A stretch of 62,815 nt of DNA, filler included. It is 5 parts of 5 records of this genome, joined end to end, with 100 filler letters (N's around TTAATTAATTAA, not from the genome) between each part and the next. Parts side by side here need not be neighbours in the genome. Positions count along the whole stretch, not along the records: positions 12,927 to 22,825 come from DRR723986_4157; positions 22,926 to 48,108 come from DRR723986_4162; 3 more parts are not named here. One strand, 5' to 3'. Of the stretch, positions 21,606 through 29,820 are shown one piece after another. The first letter of the stretch is position 1. Each line of letters starts with the position of its first letter. The notes below the pieces were generated by a model. It was not told the DNA's origin, made no database searches, and saw nothing but the letters and a program-made list of their open reading frames with translations. A program made the translations under genes and the position numbers.

Positions 21606-22073
21606 TCACCGTGCGCGCGCGGCCATAAGCCAAATCACGAGCAATCCGAGGGATGCGAGCGCATTCCAGTTTGCCATGGTCAAACCCAGGAAAAAGGGCT
21701 CGAACGTGTCACACATCACCAGAGCTGGCACATCTGACCCGCCGGGCAATAAAGATGACGCATCAAGACCCGAGAGCGCATCCGAGCTACCCGTGCAGCT
21801 GGCCGGGCCTTCCCACCAATCACGTTCCACACCGCTGTGGAAGATCGCAAGCCCGGCAGCAACCGCCGCCGCAAGGGCGCCCAGCAGGGCAAAGGCGCGT
21901 GCGGGCAGCAGAAAATAGATCAAACCAACAACAATAGCGGCAGCATGGGGCCAACGTTGCCAAAGGCACATTTCACAAGGCGCCCAGCCGAGTGATTGAA
22001 AGAAAAAGGCACCTGCGAGCAATGCGGCAGAGCCGCCAGCGGCGAGCAGGATCAGGTTTTTCTGTGTGATCAT
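21606..22073 (-). CDS. DsbB-family disulfide bond formation protein
   Basis: PCEMCLWQRWP, FHSGVERDWWEGPASC, GLTMANWN; start at MITQKNL. Confidence 0.88.
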   Translation of the reverse strand: MITQKNLILLAAGGSAALLAGAFFFQSLGWAPCEMCLWQRWPHAAAIVVGLIYFLLPARAFALLGALAAAVAAGLAIFHSGVERDWWEGPASCTGSSDALSGLDASSLLPGGSDVPALVMCDTFEPFFLGLTMANWNALASLGLLVIWLMAARAR

Positions 22074-22648
22074 AAGTATTTCACCAGTAAGAATCCTCCG
22101 ACAAGAAGGATGATGAAGAGGGTGAAAAGCAGGCCGAGCCGCTTTTCGATGAAGTCTCGGATCGGTTCCCCAAATTTCCACAACAGTCCAGCGACAAGAA
22201 AGAACCGCAAAGAACGGGCCAGAATCGATGTGGCGATAAATGTTCCCAAAGGCATACCGGTCCATCCCGACATGATCGTGATGACCTTATAGGGAAAGGG
22301 CGTCACACCTGCGGTTAGCACGGCCCAGAACCCGAGGTCATTAAACCGCGTGTTGAATTCGGCCATTGCGTCCGCTTTGCCCATGGCGGCAAGAATCGGT
22401 TGCCCCAAGCTGTCGTAGAAAAACGCGCCGATGGCATATCCTAGCAACCCACCAAGGACCGAGGCGGTTAGGGCCACGGTTGCTATGATCCAAGCCTGCT
22501 TGGGGCGGGCAAGAATCATCGGGATCATTAGGACATCAGGGGGAATCGGGAAAACCGAACTCTCGATGAAAGCAACAAAGGCGAGAACCCAGAGCGCGTG
22601 CGGGTGTTCGGCAAAACTGATGGTTTTGTCGTAAAGTCGCTGTAACAT
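22070..22648 (-). CDS. YqaA/DedA (SNARE-associated) membrane protein
   Basis: FIESSVFPIPPDV, GVTPFPYKV, RSLRFF; start at MLQRLYD. Confidence 0.88.
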   Translation of the reverse strand: MLQRLYDKTISFAEHPHALWVLAFVAFIESSVFPIPPDVLMIPMILARPKQAWIIATVALTASVLGGLLGYAIGAFFYDSLGQPILAAMGKADAMAEFNTRFNDLGFWAVLTAGVTPFPYKVITIMSGWTGMPLGTFIATSILARSLRFFLVAGLLWKFGEPIRDFIEKRLGLLFTLFIILLVGGFLLVKYL

Positions 22649-22795
22649 TGATTTACTGGCCTTCAAAGAGGGACTGTATGAGGGAAAACCACGTGCATGG
22701 GGGCAGGTCAACCAAGGGTGTGTGACAAGAGTTTCAAAAAGTGGGTTTTTGCCTATGGACCTTTCTGTTCGGTAACGGTAATCCCTACCGCAGAA

Positions 22796-22825
22796 GCCCA
22801 AGTGGCGGAATGGTAGACGCAGGGG
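22796..22825 (+). tRNA. tRNA (probably Leu), 5' fragment cut by the contig end
   Basis: GCCCAAG-TG-GCGGAATGGTAGACGC-A-GGGG: acceptor 5' strand and Leu-type D arm; anticodon not visible. Confidence 0.85.
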
Positions 22826-22925
22826 NNNNNNNNNNNNNNNNNNNNNNNNNNNNNNNNNNNNNNNNNNNNTTAATTAATTAANNNNNNNNNNNNNNNNNNN
22901 NNNNNNNNNNNNNNNNNNNNNNNNN
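22826..22925. other. Artificial contig spacer
   Basis: 44 N + TTAATTAATTAA + 44 N. Confidence 0.99.
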
Positions 22926-22957
22926 CGCGGAGGAGCAATCTTTCGCGGGCGTTTTTT
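22926..22957 (+). terminator. Intrinsic terminator at contig start
   Basis: CGCGGAGGA-GCAA-TCTTTCGCG stem with GNRA loop, followed by GGCGTTTTTT. Confidence 0.65.
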
Positions 22958-23090
22958 GTGAGTTGGTTAGCCACCGCACATCGACCGTGGCTACAATCAG
23001 ACTCTGGGCGAGTGGTTCGTCGCAGCAATACAGCCCTGTCACGAACTTCTAGTTTTCTAGTCGACCGGCATGAGTTGTTAAAGAACTCGG

Positions 23091-23351
23091 ATGATACCTT
23101 GCCATCTAGTTGCGATTTTGATTGCTGGAGTTTCTGCATACCGGTACTCGAAGTGCATGTCGGTATCGCTATGGTCTAAGAGGATCGTCGTCGCAGTCGT
23201 GAGTCTGTTCGCACTCTTTGAATGGCTATTGCCGTACTTCGGATCGATACCGATGATTGGGCAGTTGGTAACCACCCTGTATGTCACATTCCGTCTCAAG
23301 CTAGCGGCGGATGACGCTGGTATCGCTGAGGAAGACAGCCGAAATGGATAA
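23091..23351 (+). CDS. Small hypothetical membrane protein, possibly a gene remnant
   Basis: Three hydrophobic segments; upstream frame broken by stops. Confidence 0.35.
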   Translation: MIPCHLVAILIAGVSAYRYSKCMSVSLWSKRIVVAVVSLFALFEWLLPYFGSIPMIGQLVTTLYVTFRLKLAADDAGIAEEDSRNG

Positions 23352-23404
23352 GGAACGTCATCGCTGATGGACTTCCCCAAGCCAAGTGAACGCATTCAAA
23401 TACC

Positions 23405-23439
23405 AAAGAAAGAAGGCTCGCTGTTTTGAGCGAGCCTTC
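23405..23439 (-). terminator. Terminator after the Gfo/Idh/MocA gene
   Basis: GAAGGCTCGCT...AGCGAGCCTTC hairpin with U-rich tail on the minus strand. Confidence 0.75.
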
Positions 23440-23506
23440 CGGAGTTTTAATGCATGCAGAGGACATTACGTCCTGCTGCATCGCAGTGTTATCGATTGCG
23501 TGGCGA

Positions 23507-24889
23507 TTAAGCAAACGGGGAGTAAACGCCAGGAACAGGTACTGGATACTCGCCGTTCTCGTTCGGACGTGCTGATTCAGGCACTTCCGAGTTGAGGCTC
23601 AGATTGTCGATGTCTGGGCAAAGGTTGTGGCCCTTCTCCCAAAGATCGTCCCACTTGATTACCTGCCCGGAGTAACAGGCTTCGCGACCGAGGATTGCGG
23701 TGAAGGTGCTCTTCACACCATACTCACCTTCATTGTAGATCTCGCCTCGCATGAGCGTCTCGATCAAGTCGTGCTGCTCCTGCTGGTGGCCAGCTTGCTT
23801 TTGACCGTCGAACGCCCATGGGTTTTCGCCTTCAATGACCCACTGCTGGTTCGATCCGCCGACTTTGCCGCGGTCATCCAAGTAGGCTACGCCCTTAGTG
23901 CCGTGCGCGACTTCACCAACTTTCGTCCATGCCTTCAGGTGACGGCCCTGACTGAACATCTTCGTGCCGTCGGCGAAAGTGTACTCGCAGAACGTGTGAT
24001 CAAAGATCTGGCTTCGAGTAGCATCGCCACCCTCACGCATCTCCCGACCGCCCATGCCATTGCACTCAACCGGATACTCACCCTTGACCCAACATCCAAC
24101 GTCAAGGTTGTGGATGTGCTGCTCACAAATTTGGTCACCGCTGAGCCAATTGAAGTGGTACCAGTTGTAACACTGGAATGCCATCTCCGTCGGAGCTCCA
24201 ACGACGCCGTTCGGTAGGCCGCCAGGTGCCATGCGTTTGGCTGCATCGGCACGCGTCTTCCACCAAATCCCGCCGCCATTCCAGTAGACACGAAGAGCCG
24301 TGACGTCGCCAATAGCACCATCGTGAATCCGAGCAATCTGCTCCTTGTACTGGTTCTCGTGTCGACGCTGCAGACCAATACCGACAAGCAGGTTCTTCTT
24401 CTTCGACTCTTGAACAGCTTTCATGAAGCGTTTGCAACCCGCTACATCGGCAGCGACGGGCTTCTCGCTGAAGACGTTTCGGCCCTTGCTGATCGCGTAC
24501 TCGAACTGCTGAGGCTTGAAGGCAGGCGGTGTTGCGATGACGACAAGATCGCAATCGACGTCGATGGCCGACTTGAATGCATCTAGGCCGGAGAAGATCC
24601 GGTCCTCGGGCACATCAACCTTGTCTTTGTACTTGCGACTGAGCAGATTGACTGCATCTTGTCCGCTCTTCGGGAAGGCATCCGCAACGGCAACAAGCTT
24701 CACGTTGCCCTTGGTGTTAAAAATGTTCTGAGCGGCCCCTTTTCCTCGACCACCACAGCCGATGAGAACGAAGCGGATCTCGTCGCTGCCGGCTGCGTTG
24801 GCCGTCTTTGCGATGTTGGATGCGATGGCGGCACCAGTAGCGGCCACCGTCGTAGTTTTGAGAAAATTCCGACGACTGTCATTCGCCAT
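23507..24889 (-). CDS. Tat-exported Gfo/Idh/MocA oxidoreductase
   Basis: SRRNFLK Tat motif, IGCGGRG, IATPP, EKPVA, EQHIHNLD; strong RBS AGGAG; planctomycete-type. Confidence 0.92.
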   Translation of the reverse strand: MANDSRRNFLKTTTVAATGAAIASNIAKTANAAGSDEIRFVLIGCGGRGKGAAQNIFNTKGNVKLVAVADAFPKSGQDAVNLLSRKYKDKVDVPEDRIFSGLDAFKSAIDVDCDLVVIATPPAFKPQQFEYAISKGRNVFSEKPVAADVAGCKRFMKAVQESKKKNLLVGIGLQRRHENQYKEQIARIHDGAIGDVTALRVYWNGGGIWWKTRADAAKRMAPGGLPNGVVGAPTEMAFQCYNWYHFNWLSGDQICEQHIHNLDVGCWVKGEYPVECNGMGGREMREGGDATRSQIFDHTFCEYTFADGTKMFSQGRHLKAWTKVGEVAHGTKGVAYLDDRGKVGGSNQQWVIEGENPWAFDGQKQAGHQQEQHDLIETLMRGEIYNEGEYGVKSTFTAILGREACYSGQVIKWDDLWEKGHNLCPDIDNLSLNSEVPESARPNENGEYPVPVPGVYSPFA

Positions 24890-25193
24890 TTGTGATTCTC
24901 CTAGGAGGGATTTTTCAAGAGGTAAGTTGATAATGGAATAGGTGTGAGACGGCCTGCAAGCGGTCGTGAGGCGTCCATTGTGAATCGAGTTCTCGGCGGG
25001 CTGTGATGATGCGCCGCTAGCTGCTAAGTTTTTCCACTGGGCGTGTGAAATTCCAGAAACGGGCTTTACAGGCAGACCAAGGCCCCTTCATTGTAAACAT
25101 TTTGTCCAACCGTTGCAGTACGCGCACTTGCTAGTGCCGTTAAGATGCGCAAGTTGCCCTTTCTCCAGTTTCTTCGACGACCGATTTTAACTG

Positions 25194-26120
25194 ATGAGTT
25201 CCGCCATGAGCGTTTGCTCTCGAGCTGCAATTTCCTACTGCCAAGCTCTGTATATTGTCTTCCGATCGCTGAGGGTCCTTGGATTGGTTGCCGCAACCGT
25301 TGGGCTCAGCGAACAAGCTGCTTTCGCTGCGGGGCCAGTTATCAGGAAGGACACGTACCAGGAACGCCCTCACTTTGTGGTCGAGACCGGTGATCAGACT
25401 TGGTGGTACGACATTCGAGGCGGGGGATTCTCACGAATCATCGACGCCGACGGGCAGGATTGGATTGCGTTCAAAAAGGAGCCACTTTCGACTTACCCAG
25501 CATCGGCTGCTGCGGGATACCGCGGACTGCCAAACTGCGTATTCGTTGGTGATGACAAAGGAGCCGGTCATCCTGGATTCGACAAATGCACGACTGAGCA
25601 AACCGGTGACGCTCAGGTAACAACGACCTCCCTGTCCGGTCAGTGGAAATGGCGCTGGACGTTTCACGAGAACTACGTCGAGTTCGAGATGCTGGATGCC
25701 GGCGGCGAGCCGTGGTGGTTTCTGTACGAAGGGCCCATAGGTGGAACGTTTGAACCAAGAGAGAAGTATTGGGGTACAGACTCATTGGGCCGAACGACGC
25801 GAATCCCCGGAGGAGGAGACAAGCACTTCGGCAATTGGTCAACGCTTTACGTCGGAGCTTTGAACAGTAAGTACATCCTCGCGATTCAGCAGAACGCGGC
25901 GGACAAGCTTGACGACACGTATTGGTATTTGGGCAGTAGTGATGGTGGCAGCAAATCGGCGCCAGACGGGATGGTCGTCGTCGGTTTTGGACGCGGCCCC
26001 AACACGAAGCCCCTTTTCAACGGAGCAGGTGTGCATTTCAAAGTCGCACTTCTCGCGCACAAGCCCTGGCACTGCCACCGATCTACGCTCAAGGCAATCA
26101 ACCATGCCTTTGAAGAATAG
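25194..26120 (+). CDS. Secreted hypothetical protein (Trp/Gly-rich, probably beta-sandwich)
   Basis: Signal-like LGLVAATVGLSEQAAFA; WWYDIRGGGFSRIID, YRGLPN, WWFLYEGPIGG; true start uncertain. Confidence 0.7.
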   Translation: MSSAMSVCSRAAISYCQALYIVFRSLRVLGLVAATVGLSEQAAFAAGPVIRKDTYQERPHFVVETGDQTWWYDIRGGGFSRIIDADGQDWIAFKKEPLSTYPASAAAGYRGLPNCVFVGDDKGAGHPGFDKCTTEQTGDAQVTTTSLSGQWKWRWTFHENYVEFEMLDAGGEPWWFLYEGPIGGTFEPREKYWGTDSLGRTTRIPGGGDKHFGNWSTLYVGALNSKYILAIQQNAADKLDDTYWYLGSSDGGSKSAPDGMVVVGFGRGPNTKPLFNGAGVHFKVALLAHKPWHCHRSTLKAINHAFEE

Positions 26121-26387
26121 GCCTTCAAAGAAAAAGTAGAGAGCAATGCACCTGCACGGTTCGGCTTGCCATAGTCCAGTGCGCTCTGCCGTTGTGGATA
26201 CACTCTTCGTAGTTCGTGATTTCTCCGGGCAAGCGCGCTTGCGCCCAATCACGGCCAGGAAGTTCTTTACGGGCAACCTTCGTCCAATTGGGCTAAATCG
26301 GAGTCTGGACATGTCTCTATAGTTGGCTGTCACCGAGAACAAGGTTTGTTCACGGCACTTGCTTCGATAAACTATCAAGGAAACACT

Positions 26388-27212
26388 ATGTCCGCTGGGA
26401 CTTCGAAAACCGGGGCTCTGCCTGACATTCAATCGACCCCCGACACGCGTAACGTCGCAATTAACAAGGTTGGCGTCTCGGGCGTTCGCTACCCCATCTC
26501 CGTTCGCACGCCTGGTCATGGCGAAGGCACTGGTGCGGTCCATACCGTCGCCAGCATCAACATGTTTGTTTCTTTGCCTGCAGAGGCCAAAGGAACACAC
26601 ATGTCGCGGTTCCTGGAAGTACTTAACGGATACGACGATGCGCTTCACTCGGATCTGTTGAGCGATATATGCCGTGAAATGAAGGAGAAGCTGGACGCAA
26701 AGGACGCGTTTCTCGAGCTCTCTTTCCCCTACTTCATCGAAAAGAAGGCTCCAGTAACGGAGGGTGTCGGGAAGCTTGATTTTGACGTGACTTTCGAAAT
26801 GGCAAGCAACGGCACCGATGACTTCATCATGACGTTGAAGGTTCCTGCGACGAGCCTCTGCCCGTGCTCGAAAGAGATCTCAAGCTATGGCGCCCACAAC
26901 CAACGCTGCCTGATGACAGTTAGCGTCCGCATGGCTGAGGGAGTCCACGTCTGGATTGAAGAGTTGTTCAGCATGCTCGAACAGTGTGCTTCAACGCAAC
27001 TGTTCTCTGTCCTGAAGCGCCCCGATGAAAAGTGGGTCACGGAGAAGGCATACGAGAATCCTAAATTCGTCGAAGACATTGTCCGCGACATGGCGGTTCA
27101 ATTAAACGCGGATGATCGTATCGTCTGGTACCGGTGCAGTTCAGAGAACTATGAATCGATCCACAACCATAACGCTTACGCTCTGATCGAGCGAGACAAG
27201 CGTGACGACTAG
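26388..27212 (+). CDS. folE2: GTP cyclohydrolase IB (FolE2)
   Basis: LPDIQ, KGTHMSRF, TSLCPCSKEIS, GAHNQR, LKRPDEK, NPKFVED, ESIHNHNAYA. Confidence 0.96.
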   Translation: MSAGTSKTGALPDIQSTPDTRNVAINKVGVSGVRYPISVRTPGHGEGTGAVHTVASINMFVSLPAEAKGTHMSRFLEVLNGYDDALHSDLLSDICREMKEKLDAKDAFLELSFPYFIEKKAPVTEGVGKLDFDVTFEMASNGTDDFIMTLKVPATSLCPCSKEISSYGAHNQRCLMTVSVRMAEGVHVWIEELFSMLEQCASTQLFSVLKRPDEKWVTEKAYENPKFVEDIVRDMAVQLNADDRIVWYRCSSENYESIHNHNAYALIERDKRDD

Positions 27213-27257
27213 ACGACCTGAGCAGTGCAAACTCTGAGCAGTACACACTGCCGTTCG

Positions 27258-28082
27258 TCAGAGCCCAAAGTCTGCGAAGCCTCGGTCTTGCAGCCTGCTC
27301 AAGAGGATTGCAAGCTCGTTGGTGTTCTTCAGACCCAGAGTCTCAAGAATTCTGGTCTTGCGATTGTCAATCGTTTTATCCGTAACTGAGTGTTGAGCAG
27401 CAAGATGTTTAGCACTCTTTCCAGCGGCAAGTCCGAGAGCAATGTGACGGTCGCGCTCTTCCAAGGATCGGAACTGCATCCAACTGTGGGAAAGTCCTAA
27501 CGATCGAAGCGTCTTTTCGTCTGGGCCCGCCGATAGGATTCGTGTTAAACCAAGGATAGCTGCTTTTCCGATTCCCGAGCCGAGCAAGGAACGTTTCGCA
27601 GTCCTCATCATCACTTCACGGCCTGATGCGTCCCTACCGGCGTGATCAATTTCCACGATGTAGCATGCACCCAAGATGAGCTGGTCGGAGTGGTAGGCCG
27701 CGTCCGCGACCATAGCATCCAAGAAAGCTGAGCCGCTTCTACCAATGACGGATTCATCACCACCAAAGACCGTGTCGTAGGTGGCGTTCGTGAACAGAAG
27801 ATGACCTTCGGACGACTTGATGTAGGCGCTATTTGGAGTCGAGTCCAGAATCTTTCGAATCGATTCGGCGTGAGCATTACCACGTGCGGCGATTTCGCTG
27901 GCCAGACGGCTGATTTCTTCACTGATCGGCAATGAAACTTGATTCGGTAGTCTATTCACTGCAGTTTCTACCTCGTGAGTTTCAACGCTGGAAGCTTCCG
28001 AGAATGACAATCGGCAATCAACTGTTCGGAGCGAACTGGGATTCGAGTAAGATGTACATTCGGTATCGGAAGGTACAGGCAT
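27258..28082 (-). CDS. PAS-domain LuxR-family transcriptional regulator
   Basis: ILDSTPNSAYIKSSEGHLLFTNATY (PAS_4-like) plus C-terminal LAAGKSAKHLA...KTIDNRKTRILETLG HTH; start uncertain. Confidence 0.8.
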   Translation of the reverse strand: MPVPSDTECTSYSNPSSLRTVDCRLSFSEASSVETHEVETAVNRLPNQVSLPISEEISRLASEIAARGNAHAESIRKILDSTPNSAYIKSSEGHLLFTNATYDTVFGGDESVIGRSGSAFLDAMVADAAYHSDQLILGACYIVEIDHAGRDASGREVMMRTAKRSLLGSGIGKAAILGLTRILSAGPDEKTLRSLGLSHSWMQFRSLEERDRHIALGLAAGKSAKHLAAQHSVTDKTIDNRKTRILETLGLKNTNELAILLSRLQDRGFADFGL

Positions 28083-28293
28083 TCGGCGAAACGCTTTGCA
28101 AATGACCAGATCGCCCAACCGTCTCCTCAGCTGTACATCTGGAACCAACTCTCGCACCGTGCTGCCTGGAGTTCGATTCTACACGGCTCCCCCACTAGAG
28201 AGAAGTGCCGGACCACCACATCACGCATCCTTACACGGTCGGTAGTTGATTGCCTAAATCACGGTGTCCAGCCACCGCCAGAATCATTGAGAA

Positions 28294-28656
28294 CTAGGCG
28301 GATAACGTTCGCTCGAGCTGAGCTTTCCGATAGGCTACCGCCTCCCGCTTAAACTTAAATGTCTTAAAGCGCTGACGACCATCTTCCTGCCACGTTGCGA
28401 CCCATCTACCGTACACATTCTTACTGACACCAACTGTCCCGGATGTGTTGTTCGTCGGTTTTTTCCTTGGCCCAACCCGCCATTGGCGTTCACCGAGCTC
28501 CCGGATCTTTTTATCACGCCATTGTTTGGCACGGGCGAGGGATGCGCGTATACCACCATCGGTGAATCGGAAGTATCTTGAGTGTTGTTGCCCGTCGCGC
28601 ACGATTCGGACGGACCAGCCTGCGGCTTCTCTGCTAATGTTTGACATCTTGTTCAT
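28294..28656 (-). CDS. Stand-alone tandem AP2-domain DNA-binding protein
   Basis: NISR..GWSVRI....HSRYF.....SLARAKQWRD, then NNTSGTVGVS...WVATW.....FKTF....EAVAYR. Confidence 0.78.
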   Translation of the reverse strand: MNKMSNISREAAGWSVRIVRDGQQHSRYFRFTDGGIRASLARAKQWRDKKIRELGERQWRVGPRKKPTNNTSGTVGVSKNVYGRWVATWQEDGRQRFKTFKFKREAVAYRKAQLERTLSA

Positions 28657-28875
28657 AACGATAAAGCTTATGCGACACAGTCGAAATTGACAACATGCTT
28701 TTCGCGCACACCGCAGAGAAGTAGCGCTATCGAGGTCGCGACTGTGATTGCTTCGCTCGTTCGACACCCCACTACGATGTGGATGCCGCTACCAACGCGT
28801 AACAATAAGCTCGCTTCGGCGGATTACCGATGATTCGCCCCTCAGCCTTTACCCAAACAGCAAGACATTCGCAAA

Positions 28876-29745
28876 ATGAGCAACGAACGTTCCGCCCAAG
28901 AATTAGGATTCCTCTTGGTCGGTCACGGAACGCGGAAAGCAACCGGTACAGCACAGTTGAAGCGGGTCTTCGAACAGTGGAAGCCATTGCTTAACACACA
29001 TGCAGCCGCCTATTGCTTCCTCGAACTCGCCGAGCCGTCGATCGAGAAGGGCGTCGCTACGCTGGCAGATCAGGGCGTCAAGAGATTGGTCGTTGTGCCA
29101 CTGCTGCTATTTACCGCCGGACATGCGGAAGTAGACATTCCGCAGGCGGTTGAAAGCGCAGCGAAACTGCATGGCGTCGAGATCGCTGCTCAAACAACAT
29201 CACTCGGAATTGACCCTGCGATCCTCGAATTATCGGCGCAGCGATTCCGTCAGGCTGTTTGTGGCGTGAAGGCAACCGGCTCTCGAAAACCTGACGATAA
29301 CGGCGGCTTACCATTTGACACTAAACCACCATGCACGACTGAATGCAAGGCAACCTACTGCTCCGGAGCTTTCTGCCAACAAACCGCATTGGCTTTCGTA
29401 GGAAGAGGAAGCAATTCCGCTGCGGCTACTTCTCAGATGCGGCGATTCTCTGAGCTTCGCCGAAACAGCACGCCTGTCGCCTGGAGCCAAACCTGCTTCC
29501 TGCACGGTCAATCGCCCTCATTAGGCGATGCCCTGGACGCCCTTGAGGCGGCACCACAACCGGTTGCCGTGATTCAACCACACTTGCTCTTCGACGGATT
29601 GTTGATGGACCAGCTACGCGACGAAATCGCAACCCGCGCTGCCAAACAGCCCGAGCGCCGCTGGGTCTTGGTTGAAACACTCGGAACCGATGAAGCACTA
29701 GCAAATGCTCTGGCCAAGATCGCACTGTCTGCCGCAGCAGGGTGA
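28876..29745 (+). CDS. Sirohydrochlorin chelatase (CbiX/SirB, two-domain)
   Basis: LLVGHGTR, CFLELAEPSI, VPLLLFTAGHA, second domain VGRGS and QPHLLFDGLL. Confidence 0.88.
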   Translation: MSNERSAQELGFLLVGHGTRKATGTAQLKRVFEQWKPLLNTHAAAYCFLELAEPSIEKGVATLADQGVKRLVVVPLLLFTAGHAEVDIPQAVESAAKLHGVEIAAQTTSLGIDPAILELSAQRFRQAVCGVKATGSRKPDDNGGLPFDTKPPCTTECKATYCSGAFCQQTALAFVGRGSNSAAATSQMRRFSELRRNSTPVAWSQTCFLHGQSPSLGDALDALEAAPQPVAVIQPHLLFDGLLMDQLRDEIATRAAKQPERRWVLVETLGTDEALANALAKIALSAAAG

Positions 29746-29820
29746 TACAACGGCAAGCGGGCGAGCCATCGCACCCAAAAAATCTTGTAGACTATCACGT
29801 TGCGATCTTAATGTTCCAAC

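Noticed and set aside
26121-26387. Riboswitch (THF-II/ZTP) upstream of folE2
   Set aside because: Only short hairpins; I could not match a consensus; an Rfam scan would be needed
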